A stretch of 64,000 nucleotides of DNA, from positions 1,312,001-1,376,000 of the forward strand of contig OY970359.1 in assembly GCA_963718665.1 (NCBI GenBank), read 5' to 3'. The notes beneath the pieces were generated by a model that made no database searches, was not told the origin of the DNA, and saw only the letters and a list, made by a program, of their open reading frames with translations. Position 1 is the first letter of the stretch. Every line of letters starts with the position of its first letter. The position numbers and the translations under genes are program-made. Of the stretch, positions 10,772 through 20,803 are shown piece after piece. Source of the stretch: an uncultured Phycisphaerales bacterium (GTDB lineage: Bacteria > Planctomycetota > Phycisphaerae > Sedimentisphaerales > Anaerobacaceae).

Positions 10772-12959
10772 TTACTGCGTGCTTTCTTTGACGGCTGGAA
10801 AAATACCCGGTTGATAAGAGAACCTTACATTGTGTTTTCCCTGTGTCAGCCGCACTGATTTGAACGTTCCAAACAAAATTTCGATTTCCGCAGGTTGCCC
10901 ATCCACCCACGCCTTCCAGTCGGGGTCCCAGTTATCTATAAAACTAATATACCCCGCCCTCGGCGCATCAATCTCCCACCGCAGTTCATCCCCATTGTAT
11001 GATATCAGCCGACCCGTTTGCTTGTATCGCAGTGCATCCTGAAGAAACGACCCGATACTTGAATGTTCAATCGACTCCGAAAAGAATATCTTCTGTCCGT
11101 CCTGGACGCCCAATAGAACGTTCCTTGCCTGCACCTGGTCGACTGTTTCTTTCAGGAAGCTTATATACCGGGCGAAATACCAGTTTTCAACAATGCCAAC
11201 GTTAAATCTCGGGCTAAGAGTAATTGTATTGGTAATGTCCGTCCGCGGATAATTGAAGGACATCTCATCAATTTTGGCAACATCAAGCTTAACCCTTCGC
11301 GGTGTCGTCTTTATCTTTATATCGCGGAACCACATGTTCGCTCCCGTATGCCACATTTCGATTGCCGCGACCAATATCAGCAACACAGTAACAGCCGCCA
11401 GTCGGCCACGGCCAAAATGAATCTTCGCACTGACAACCATAATCAATAAGATGGCGACAAACGCTGCTGCGCCATAAAAAATAAACCACACCTCGTTTGC
11501 TTTAAAGTCCTTGAAATAAAGCAGCCACATCTGGTCCCGAATACCCTCCAGATGCAGGAAAAGTTGCGCCGAGCACAACCGCGTAAACAGCCGCAAGAAA
11601 GACCAGTTTCGATGCCACGCGGCGCAATCCGCCGCCCGCGCTATTCCTGAGCATTCCGGCAAAATGTGAAAACGCTATCGACAACAGCCATGCAATTATG
11701 GGCACAAGTATGATGTTCAGCCGGCCCCAGACCCGCAAACTTGAAAAACCGGGCATATATTTCCACAGTAACGTAAACAGGTACGAACTGCGGCCGTAAC
11801 TGATGTAAGTTATCGTCGCAATCCATGCGAGAAGGAAAAATTTGATTGCTGCGCCGCCGGTTGAGGCGCATTGGGACCCTGTGTGATTTTGGCTTGTATT
11901 TTGAGCGTTTCCGTCTCTTGAGAACAGATACATCAAAATAATCAGTAAGGCCGTTATGCTGAAGAAATACCACCCTTCGGTGCTGGCAGCCGGGGGATAT
12001 ACGAGCGAGCCGATTGTGTCCTTGAAGTTGAAAACGTGGCTTGTCGAATATTGAAAATCCTTGCCAGCACGGTCGATAGTTTGCGACATCAGTCGTTTGA
12101 TGCCAATTAAATGAGGTGCGCACATCAGCAGCGTTGCGAATCCCGCCGCCAACATCGCCGCAAATGCCCGCTTAAGATAAACCGGCCGTTCCCCAAATAA
12201 CCTTGTCCGCAGAGGCGTAATCAAAAAGGCGAGCAAATACGGCAAAACAAGAAAAATGGTATAGTAAACAAAATACGGGTAGCCCGCGGTACACAAAAAT
12301 ATGCCGAACAGGGCCAGTAAGCCGGCTGATTTTGCCGCCTCCTTTACCGAATCACTGAACATTACTCGGGTCAAGGCATATAGTATCCACGGGTACCACG
12401 CCATAGAATGCACGGCGTTGGGAAATCTTATAATCTCAGTTACCTTGAAGCTCACGGACATTACAAGGACCGCGAAAGCCACTGCTTTAATATCCTTGTT
12501 GATTAGCTTAAGCCACATAAACAGTCCCAGCGAGAATATTGAAATGCCGAGGACCGTAAAAAGCTGGTGGTCGACAGGAGTATAACCACCGAATGCTTTA
12601 TACCACAACACCAGCAGGGCGTTGAACGGGTAAAACACCTGAGCAAACGGATTGGTATAAAACGGGAAACCGGCCGCCTCCGACGGCGACCAGAGCGGAA
12701 AATGAAAGTTAGCCAGGCAATCAAGTAAATAAATCTTATATTTGTAATAAAGCAATATGAAATCGTTACTTATGGTTATGTAGTCGCCGTTCACAATAAA
12801 AATCCGTCTGAACAAATACAACATAGGCCAGCAGAAAACCAGCAACGGCAGCGCAAGTCGCTTCGCTACCCACAAAATGGGCCGGAACCACTCCCGGCCG
12901 TCGCTACCGGCAGGCATTTGTCCTCGTTGTCGCTGCCGACCGACTTTCGATTTAGCCAT
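10772..12959 (-). pseudogene. YfhO-like / GT-C-fold multi-pass membrane protein split by a frameshift near 11566 (true lesion or assembly error)
   Basis: ORF 11502-12959 (PLWSP..AGFPFYTNP..FYP, many TM segments) reads ...YAVVLGA. The overlapping ORF 10772-11662 continues QLFLHLEG... and ends with WDPDWKAWVDG...GKHNVRFSYQP, a YfhO-like C-terminus. Adding 2 nt joins them into about 729 aa. Confidence 0.7.
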
Positions 12960-14505
12960 CGTTGTTACCCGTGTTAAGTTTCCGTTTTCTGGCGTTAAAA
13001 GCGTCTTCGAGCAAATGTTCCAGCGTTGGAAGCGGTTTTACGACCACTGCAATCTGAAACGCGAAGATGCTTTTTGAAATTTTTATCAAAACGCGATTAA
13101 CAAACAGCAGGAACCTTGCCAGCGGTCCTTCGCCAACAGCAAGCGGAAACGGGGCTGGAAGTCCGTGTTTGCTTACAACTTCATAGCCGTTTAGCTGTAA
13201 GGTCCTGACAAGCGAGGAAAAAGTAAACAGACGCGTATGGTCCATATCGAGAACACCGCGTCTTCCGTAATGAAAACCGGCAAAAAGCAAGCTGGCTCGC
13301 AGGGGCAGGAATGCGACGTTTCCGGTAGTTATCACTATTTCGGGACAATCACGCGAATACCTCTTTCGCAATTTCGCCAGTAATTTTTCCGGCGACTTGA
13401 GATGCTCGATTATATCCAGCGCCAGTATGTAATCGACTTTACCGACGTCGTCGCCAAAATCGTATTCGTCGATATTCGCCTCAACGCACTTCCATGAGTA
13501 TTGTCTGGCCGCCGGCTGAACCTGACGGTCAATGGACACCGTTTTGGCCGCTTTTTTTGTCAGGGCTTCCGCCATAAACCCGGGGCCGCAGCCGACGTCG
13601 ATGACCGTGGAACCCCGACGGACCTGGTCGTATGCAAACTGGTGAGAGCTCGGAAAACCGAACTTCGCCTTGTATTTGCAGTTTGTGTCCGGCTCATAAT
13701 CGAATTTCGGATGGTAGTAAATACCCAGCCGGGTGACGCGCGACAATATCGAGGAGTGTAAAACCCGCATCGCGTATCGCAGGCCATGGGCGCCGGCAAT
13801 TTCATTACCGTAAAAAGTCGGCACCGCGACCTCAACGATGTGTTTGCCGGTATCCAAAAACTGGATGATTATGTCTGTGTCAAAATCAAAGTCGTTTGAG
13901 TTATGCTCAAAAGGAACCGACGCAATCGCTTTTGTGCTGTAAACGCGGTGCCCGCTGTGAAATTCCGACAGCTGTGACCCCAGTACCCGATTCTGTATAA
14001 GGGTAAGAACTTGATTGCCTATCCACTTATGACGGGGCATTCCTTCTTTGAGAGCTACCGACCTGCAAATCATTCGCGAGCCAAGGACGGCGTCGGCGCC
14101 GGTTTCGAGTATCGGCTTTAACATTTCCGGCAGGCATTCCGGCGAATACCTGTTGTCGCCGTGCAGCAGAACAATAGCGTCAAAACCTCGCTCGATTGCG
14201 TATCGGAATCCTATTTTCTGATTGCCGCCGTAGCCCTGATATTTGGGATTAAACAGGACAGTCACTTTACGATGCGGGTGCAGCTTCGAATAATTCTCCG
14301 CAGCGTAGAAAGTGCGGTCCGGGGACTGATTATCGATTACCATGACCTCGGTGTCGAACCGCTCGTTGTCCCATACGTCCGCGGGAATGCGGCCTAAAAC
14401 CGATTCTATAGAGTCCTCGGCCTTATAGCAGACGATAAAAATCAGGACTTTTTTGCCTTTGGCCCGACTGATGCCGTTATTATTATTTGTAGCTATCGCT
14501 TCCAA
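12952..14505 (-). CDS. Bifunctional GT2 glycosyltransferase + class I methyltransferase
   Basis: N-terminal GT2 (GYGGNQKIG, HGD, GSR, SEFHSG) and C-terminal VIDVGCGPG, DIIEHL, DHTRLFT. TTG at 14505 follows AAGGAG; the ORF track starts at 14526. Confidence 0.85.
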   Translation of the reverse strand: MEAIATNNNNGISRAKGKKVLIFIVCYKAEDSIESVLGRIPADVWDNERFDTEVMVIDNQSPDRTFYAAENYSKLHPHRKVTVLFNPKYQGYGGNQKIGFRYAIERGFDAIVLLHGDNRYSPECLPEMLKPILETGADAVLGSRMICRSVALKEGMPRHKWIGNQVLTLIQNRVLGSQLSEFHSGHRVYSTKAIASVPFEHNSNDFDFDTDIIIQFLDTGKHIVEVAVPTFYGNEIAGAHGLRYAMRVLHSSILSRVTRLGIYYHPKFDYEPDTNCKYKAKFGFPSSHQFAYDQVRRGSTVIDVGCGPGFMAEALTKKAAKTVSIDRQVQPAARQYSWKCVEANIDEYDFGDDVGKVDYILALDIIEHLKSPEKLLAKLRKRYSRDCPEIVITTGNVAFLPLRASLLFAGFHYGRRGVLDMDHTRLFTFSSLVRTLQLNGYEVVSKHGLPAPFPLAVGEGPLARFLLFVNRVLIKISKSIFAFQIAVVVKPLPTLEHLLEDAFNARKRKLNTGNNDG

Positions 14506-15928
14506 CCGAGTTTGACTCCTTGCCAAGCCATTTGATTTTTTTGAACGCTATCCAGCTCATTTTCAGCAAAAGCCACCCGTGCCTGAACCTGCTGATGTTG
14601 GTTTCGCCGTATGTTCTTGCGCAATATCTTACCGGCACCTCAGCAACCTTCAGGTTTTGCTTTACGGCTCCAAATATGAGGTCGAAATCGCCAAACGGGT
14701 CAAAGTCGCCGAAATACGAGCGGTTGGCTGCGATGATCTCGTAATCGCTTTTGCGAATCATTTTTGTTCCGCAAAGCGTGTCCCTGAACCGCTGGCCTAA
14801 AAGCCAAGAGAACAACGCCCCGAAGAATTTATTGGCAAGCAGGTTCAAAAACCGCATCGCCTCTTTTTCCATCGGATATACAAGGCGCGACCCGTTGATG
14901 TATTCACCCTTGCCGTCGCGTAGAGCGGCAAAAAACTTCGGCAAGTCCTCGGGCGGAGCGGTAAGGTCGGCGTCCTGGATTACAAGCACGTCGCCTGCCG
15001 CGGCGGCAAAACCTTTCCTGACAGCATCCCCTTTGCCTCGGCCTGTGCCCTGATGTATCAGCCGGATTTTGCGTTCCGGGTGTTTTTTAATCTGGGTCTC
15101 TATCTCATCGACTGTGCCATCGAAGCTGTTGCCATCAACAAAGATTATCTCGGTTTCACGCCCCATATCGGGTATGCGTTTTGCGGCGTCCTCGATATTG
15201 CCACGCTCATTTCTGCAGGGCACTATCACCGACACCGACAAATCTGAATCCGATTTTGGTTGCGCGGAACGCCTCGCTATGACCAGATTGACCATGTTGA
15301 ACATTCGAAAAACTGGCAGCAGCGAAAGGATGTAATTACACAATGCACTAATCAGCCAGATATTCTTTGGGAGCAGGACGAACGAGTCGGTGCGGATGAC
15401 GTCGAAATTGCCGAGATTAAGCAGGTTAGCGATATCCTGAGGAGGCAGCCAGTTCTGATGTTCGCGAGGTTTGCGAATGCCCAGCGAGGAGCCCAGCCGC
15501 AATACCCATTCCCAGAGATAATTGTAATATGTTACCACAATCCTGGTGTTGTCATCTGTGAGCGGACGAATCCGTTCCAGCACCTGCTGAATATCTTTCC
15601 ACTCGCCTAACGAATTGCATATCAGGACATAATCGAATTTTTCGTTGAGCTGGAATTCGTGCGGGTCTGCGGCGATAAAATTCAGATGCGGGAACCGTTT
15701 TTTGGCGAGCGAGATCGCCTCTTTGCTGGCATCAACGCCCACGCCATACGCCGGCTTCACCGCCGCCAGAAGGTCGCCGCACTCGCAACCGATGTGCAGA
15801 ACTCTGCTGTTTGGCCGGACGACGAATTTGTATATCCTGTCGAGCCAGCCATAGTAATAGCTGTTGCGCCTTCGCCATTTTAGAAGCGATTCCTCAGAAC
15901 CGGAATTTTTGTCTGCCCATTCGCTCAT
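14483..15928 (-). CDS. Bifunctional methyltransferase-like + GT2 (DPM1-like) protein
   Basis: N-terminal LHIGCECG, then SVIVPCRNE, VDGNSFDGT, GKGDAVR, QDADLT, DTLCGTK. Confidence 0.85.
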   Translation of the reverse strand: MSEWADKNSGSEESLLKWRRRNSYYYGWLDRIYKFVVRPNSRVLHIGCECGDLLAAVKPAYGVGVDASKEAISLAKKRFPHLNFIAADPHEFQLNEKFDYVLICNSLGEWKDIQQVLERIRPLTDDNTRIVVTYYNYLWEWVLRLGSSLGIRKPREHQNWLPPQDIANLLNLGNFDVIRTDSFVLLPKNIWLISALCNYILSLLPVFRMFNMVNLVIARRSAQPKSDSDLSVSVIVPCRNERGNIEDAAKRIPDMGRETEIIFVDGNSFDGTVDEIETQIKKHPERKIRLIHQGTGRGKGDAVRKGFAAAAGDVLVIQDADLTAPPEDLPKFFAALRDGKGEYINGSRLVYPMEKEAMRFLNLLANKFFGALFSWLLGQRFRDTLCGTKMIRKSDYEIIAANRSYFGDFDPFGDFDLIFGAVKQNLKVAEVPVRYCARTYGETNISRFRHGWLLLKMSWIAFKKIKWLGKESNSVGSDSYK

Positions 15929-15984
15929 AGATACACCATATTTGATATTGCGATTCTAAATGCCGAAATCGGCTGCTTCAAACG

Positions 15985-17772
15985 CTATTTACTCTCATTG
16001 CGAAGACGAAAGACGTTTACATACCCTTTTTGCGAGCCGATTTGCGTGACAAACTCGTAAGCTCCCACGCTTTGGGGCTTCTCTAAAAACGCGATATTCT
16101 TATTAAGTCCGAGCTGCTGATAACCGGTATGCTGGCCTCTGCTGTAACCCTCTCGAGTCGCCCAAACAACATAAGTTATCCCCTGCTGACGGAGTTTTTC
16201 CACAAGCTCTTCAGGACTGTCCGCTTTGGAAAACCCCATAACATTGGGGGCGTTTTTACCAGCGAATAATTGCGTAGGGCCGTTATTATAGACGGCAAGT
16301 TTTTCACCCGGCTTGCCGTTGGCCGCAAACCATTCGCCAAGCTGTTTGAACTCCATTTCCCGTTTGCCGTCACCAACAAGCCGGACCAGGATAAACTGGT
16401 TTGACGCGATAACCAGGCAAAGCATCGAAGCCACGCACAGATGGCGTGATACCTGTATGGGATGCTCAACGAGCGCCCTCGACGCGATAATTATCCCCGC
16501 AACAAGCATTGTGACATAGGGCATAGACGCCGAAGTCGGGCTGATAGATACCGCTTCGCCGAAGCTGGGTATAAGATTTATAAACCATAAGCTCGCGGCT
16601 ACGGTAACGCCGATTTTCAGCACTAACGTCGCCTGCCAGGGCAGTCGGGCCTTACCAGCCAGGAAGCCGCCGATACTTTGCAGCCCAAACCACGCCACCA
16701 ACAGCGCAATCCAGAAAATAGTCGAGTGAAATCGCGTCAGGGGATACGGGTAATAAGCATGCAGTATGAAATAAGGCACGAAAAACAAAAGCAGCATCAG
16801 CATTTCCCAGCGACGCCGGATGATTGAAAATATACAACCTGAGACAAGGCCCACGATACAAGTCAACTCGCCTAATTTTGAGAACGTATCTATGAACTCA
16901 TTGCTGGCGCCGGGATAAGGAATAAAAAGCGGCTGGAACGCCACCTGCCACAACAACTGTATATGCAGCAATAGCCCCGTCCTGCCGCTGACCGGCTCGA
17001 CGAAACCCTTGGCGTATTCCTTGGAGAAAAAGACGTTAAAATAGTGCGTCCCGCCCCCCTGCCAGGTTACGGCAGTCAGAATCAGCCATATCACAAGCGG
17101 CAAAGACGCCAGAAACGAATACGCAACCGCCCAAATTACATCTCTGCGGTCCTTTCTATGAATGATGTCCGCGACAAACGCGCCTAAAATCAGGGCGGCG
17201 CCTTCATATCGAACCATCGTTGTTACCGAGGCAGCCAGGTATGCCCAGCGCGACCTGCAAAAAATCAGATAAAGCGTCAGCAGGATGAAAAATAGAAAAG
17301 ACGTTTCTATTATCGGCTCAGTCATGTAATAAATCGTCCAGGGATTTATCGACGCAATCAGGGCAAACCATACGGCGGACCTGCCGATAATCCTTCTGCC
17401 GATAAGCCAGAGCAAAACCACCGTGAAGGGATGTAAAATCGCGTTGAGCAGATGTCCCGCCGTCAGCTCAGGCGACGGGCCCCACGACACAAACACAAGC
17501 AGGTTTTGCAGAATACCCACAACCGGCGCCAGCTTGAAGCTCGATGGCATTTGCAAAGACAATATCTCTTTACCCACCCGGAAGAAATCGGGAAAATCGG
17601 AAATGGGGACAACCGTGTGCCCGAAATACAAAACCGAATGATAGACCCCGAACGCGAACAGAACCGCACCGGTCAGGATATCCAGCCGCTTTTCGGCTGC
17701 GGTCGTTATCAGGGTATTCCGGCCATTGCCCTGAACAGTGTTACCGGGTTTTTTATCTCTTTTCTTTGTCAC
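15985..17772 (-). CDS. Multi-pass membrane protein, probable GT-C glycosyltransferase
   Basis: About 12 hydrophobic segments, SDFPD after the first TM, RYEG, soluble C-terminal domain. GTG start. Confidence 0.6.
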   Translation of the reverse strand: MTKKRDKKPGNTVQGNGRNTLITTAAEKRLDILTGAVLFAFGVYHSVLYFGHTVVPISDFPDFFRVGKEILSLQMPSSFKLAPVVGILQNLLVFVSWGPSPELTAGHLLNAILHPFTVVLLWLIGRRIIGRSAVWFALIASINPWTIYYMTEPIIETSFLFFILLTLYLIFCRSRWAYLAASVTTMVRYEGAALILGAFVADIIHRKDRRDVIWAVAYSFLASLPLVIWLILTAVTWQGGGTHYFNVFFSKEYAKGFVEPVSGRTGLLLHIQLLWQVAFQPLFIPYPGASNEFIDTFSKLGELTCIVGLVSGCIFSIIRRRWEMLMLLLFFVPYFILHAYYPYPLTRFHSTIFWIALLVAWFGLQSIGGFLAGKARLPWQATLVLKIGVTVAASLWFINLIPSFGEAVSISPTSASMPYVTMLVAGIIIASRALVEHPIQVSRHLCVASMLCLVIASNQFILVRLVGDGKREMEFKQLGEWFAANGKPGEKLAVYNNGPTQLFAGKNAPNVMGFSKADSPEELVEKLRQQGITYVVWATREGYSRGQHTGYQQLGLNKNIAFLEKPQSVGAYEFVTQIGSQKGYVNVFRLRNESK

Positions 17773-17813
17773 GGTTTTCCTGCGGGGTTTTATCGTCCGA
17801 TAGCGGATGCTGA

Positions 17814-19649
17814 TTAAGATTTCAGTTTGAAAACGATTTCGTCGCCGAATCTTTGATCTATCACGTAGTATTCTCTTATGAACTTTCTGAATTTGCCCAT
17901 AACCTCGAATCTGCGTGCCTCATCATCGCCGAACCGCTCGCGTGTCATCTGGCCCCATTGCTTTTCAAACTCAGCCACAACCTGCGGGTCGGGCGGCAAA
18001 AACTGCGGCTGTCCCTGGGGTGAATAACCCACAATTGGCCATAGTTCGAATTTGAACCTGTCCAGAGGCAAATGCTGTTTGCGGCTGTCCACGATATATT
18101 TAGGCATCTCTTTGCCAAACGCACTGAGAAGACCATCGACCACCTGCTCAAGCTGCTGAGGGGACCTTGTGTGCATTTCACTTTCAAAGGCAACCGGCGA
18201 GCTGCTGAACCTCTGCGCCGACAGGTAAATTCCCGGAACCCAGCCCCAGACGTATATTTTGTCTGCGGGTGTGGTTCGGCTGCGTATGTATTCGCCCGCC
18301 TGTTCCCAGGACATCTTTGCCCCAAAACTGCGCCGCTGCGATATTTCATCCCATCGCTGAACGTAACCGTTTCGCTTCTGCGGGTATTTCATCCCTGAAT
18401 ACGGGCTTCTCGGCAGGCCGAAAAATATATGCCAGGACATAACCACCATCAGGGCAAAGCCAGCGATGCCGGTGATGACCCATTTGGTTTTGAACACGGC
18501 TTTTGTGAGTTTGTCACGATATACGGCTATCAAATAACCACCCGTCATCGCGCCTGATGCCGTAAGCGGAAGATAATACTGTTCGTATGACGCCGGGCTT
18601 ATCCAGACAAACGCCATATCGAGCGCCCACCAAACAGCGAGTAAAAGCAGGAAACGGTCGTAACCTGCTTTGTTGGATGGTGATTGCGTCCCGTGAAGCA
18701 AACTATGAATCATTTTGCCGATTCCCGTGATGATAGCGCCAAGCGCCAACGAAACAGGCAGGCACAGGGCAAGGTAATATCGCAAGACCTTTGGCCACTG
18801 GTCAGCGAACGGCAATACGCTTCTTATGGTTGATACATAATTTCCGGCCTGCGGGGCCACGGCAGACGCTTTGGGTATCAGACCGGCAATTGCATCCCAT
18901 ACAAAATAAAACGGCAGCGCTATCTGGACGTGCCAGCCGATTATCCAAATAAATAATGGCGCCATTGACGCCGCCGCCCCTCCGAGCAGCAGCAAAATAT
19001 CGACGCCAGCCTGCTTCCAGGTCCTGTGCTTAAAAATGGGCTGAACAATCACAAACAGGCCCATCGCCCCGACTACCGAGACGCCGGTTTCTTTAAAAAG
19101 ATGCGCCCAGGCGGCAACTGCGCCCGCCAGAAAACCAAGCCACCATTTCCCGCCCGTTTGCTGCAAAATAAGCAAGCTTACAGCCGCGACCATACAAGCA
19201 ATCATATATTGCTCTTTGACGTTGCCGAATTTGGCGATCAGAGGCGCAGACGTATAAATACAAGCGACGATTACCCCGACAGCCACCGGCAATTTGCCGA
19301 AAATTTTTCTCATCGAGACAAACATCAGGATAAATGCGCCCGCCAGCATAATGGTCTGAATCAGCTTGGGCCCGAATTCGCTGAAACCGAAGAGGCGCAC
19401 TCCCACGATATTGACCAGCAATGTTCCGAGACCTGCGCTTGGTTTTTCATCAACGCCGATTTTTGCGCCATTGAGAATATGCTGCGCAGAATAAACATTG
19501 GCGGCGCTGTCGTAGGGGTCGGGGAAGTTGAACTCAAAATATCGCCCAAGCACAAATGGAATACCCGCCAGAATCACAACCAGAATAATTGAAAATTTAG
19601 AACTTAGAATTGAGAATTCTGAGTTTGGAATTTTACTGTTTTTCTTCAT
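17814..19649 (-). CDS. Multi-pass membrane protein, probable GT-C (ArnT/PMT-like) glycosyltransferase
   Basis: DPYDS acidic loop after TM1, DEKP, KEQY, FKETG, many TM segments, and the C-terminal DKIYVWGW...PKYIVD domain. Confidence 0.7.
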   Translation of the reverse strand: MKKNSKIPNSEFSILSSKFSIILVVILAGIPFVLGRYFEFNFPDPYDSAANVYSAQHILNGAKIGVDEKPSAGLGTLLVNIVGVRLFGFSEFGPKLIQTIMLAGAFILMFVSMRKIFGKLPVAVGVIVACIYTSAPLIAKFGNVKEQYMIACMVAAVSLLILQQTGGKWWLGFLAGAVAAWAHLFKETGVSVVGAMGLFVIVQPIFKHRTWKQAGVDILLLLGGAAASMAPLFIWIIGWHVQIALPFYFVWDAIAGLIPKASAVAPQAGNYVSTIRSVLPFADQWPKVLRYYLALCLPVSLALGAIITGIGKMIHSLLHGTQSPSNKAGYDRFLLLLAVWWALDMAFVWISPASYEQYYLPLTASGAMTGGYLIAVYRDKLTKAVFKTKWVITGIAGFALMVVMSWHIFFGLPRSPYSGMKYPQKRNGYVQRWDEISQRRSFGAKMSWEQAGEYIRSRTTPADKIYVWGWVPGIYLSAQRFSSSPVAFESEMHTRSPQQLEQVVDGLLSAFGKEMPKYIVDSRKQHLPLDRFKFELWPIVGYSPQGQPQFLPPDPQVVAEFEKQWGQMTRERFGDDEARRFEVMGKFRKFIREYYVIDQRFGDEIVFKLKS

Positions 19650-19674
19650 TCTTCGTTCTCAGTTCTTAATTCAT
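19591..19674. repeat. Inverted 7-bp-period repeat array (NAGAAYT-like units facing NRTTCTY-like units)
   Basis: gaaaatt tagaact tagaatt gagaatt ctgagtt tggaatt (19591-19632) faces cattctt cgttctc agttctt aattcat (19647-19674). Confidence 0.7.
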
Positions 19675-20627
19675 TCGAGGATTTCGCGAATCACGTATGT
19701 AGGCCGATTTTGCGATTCGTGGTACGTCCTCACCAGCAATTCAGCAAGAAGGCCCATCAGGATAAACTGAATGGTGGACATAATGAGAACAGCCGTCAAA
19801 ATCAGCAGCGGATTTCTGTTCAGCGGAAGCTCCTGGGCGGCGAGGAATTTCTGATAAAGCATAATCAAGCCCATAAGCACCGCTCCCAATGCGCTGGCCA
19901 AGCCAAGTCCGCCGAAGATATAAATGGGTTTGGTGGAAAATGAGCCGAGAAATTTAACGGTAATAAGGTCAAGCATTACTTTCCAGGTTCGCCCCAGTCC
20001 GTATTTGGCGACGCCTGCGGTCCGAGGCCTGTGATTGACAACCATTTCGCAGATTTTCGCCCCACTCCAGCTTGCCAGCACGGGTATGAACCTGTGCATT
20101 TCGCCGTATAATCTCGTTTCAGCCAGTATCTCACGTCGATACGCCTTGAGCGTGCAGCCGAAATCGTGCAGTTCCACTCCGGTAATTTTCGCGATAAGCC
20201 CATTGGCCACTCTCGATGGTATCAGGCGAGTAATTGCATTGTCGTGTCTCTTTTTCCGCCAGCCGCTGACAACATCAAACCCTTTATGCAGCTGCTCAAT
20301 CATTTGCGGAATATCAGCGGGGTCGTTTTGCAGGTCGCAGTCGATGGCTACGACTATCCGGCCCTGCGAATGGGCAAAGCCGGCACTGAGGGCGGCCGTC
20401 TGGCCAAAGTTCCTGCGGAAACGGATAACCCTGACCCTGCCGTCGGCCTTGTGCAGTTCGGTCAATATCCCGAAACTGGCGTCAGTGCTGCCGTCGTCTA
20501 TGAAAATCAGCTCATACTGGTACTTATTGCCAAGGGCCTGCGTAAGCTGGTTATATAATGCCCTGATGTTATCCTGCTCGTTCAGCAACGGGATTACTAC
20601 GGATACCTCGACTGATTGTCCGCTCAT
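19671..20627 (-). CDS. GT2 polyprenyl-phosphate glycosyltransferase (ArnC/DPM1-like)
   Basis: SVVIPLLNE, IDDGSTD, RNFGQTAA, DCDLQNDP, HDFGCTLK, two C-terminal TM helices. Confidence 0.9.
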   Translation of the reverse strand: MSGQSVEVSVVIPLLNEQDNIRALYNQLTQALGNKYQYELIFIDDGSTDASFGILTELHKADGRVRVIRFRRNFGQTAALSAGFAHSQGRIVVAIDCDLQNDPADIPQMIEQLHKGFDVVSGWRKKRHDNAITRLIPSRVANGLIAKITGVELHDFGCTLKAYRREILAETRLYGEMHRFIPVLASWSGAKICEMVVNHRPRTAGVAKYGLGRTWKVMLDLITVKFLGSFSTKPIYIFGGLGLASALGAVLMGLIMLYQKFLAAQELPLNRNPLLILTAVLIMSTIQFILMGLLAELLVRTYHESQNRPTYVIREILE

Positions 20628-20729
20628 AATCTTCTCCGAACAAAATTTTAGTTTCGTAAATCCCTGTTATATTAACAGTTATGCAAACACCTGTAAAGTA
20701 ACGGCTCGGCATCCGGACGAGGCAAATGT

Positions 20730-20758
20730 TTGACTTTTTGGCTATTAAGCCCTATCAT
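20730..20758 (+). promoter_or_regulatory. Sigma70-type promoter for the gpmI-mutL-btu run
   Basis: TTGACT-N17-TATCAT, ending 45 bp before the gpmI ATG. Confidence 0.6.
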
Positions 20759-20803
20759 GTTGGACTGCTTTAATAATAGTTCCGTGATGAAAGGTCTTAT
20801 TTT

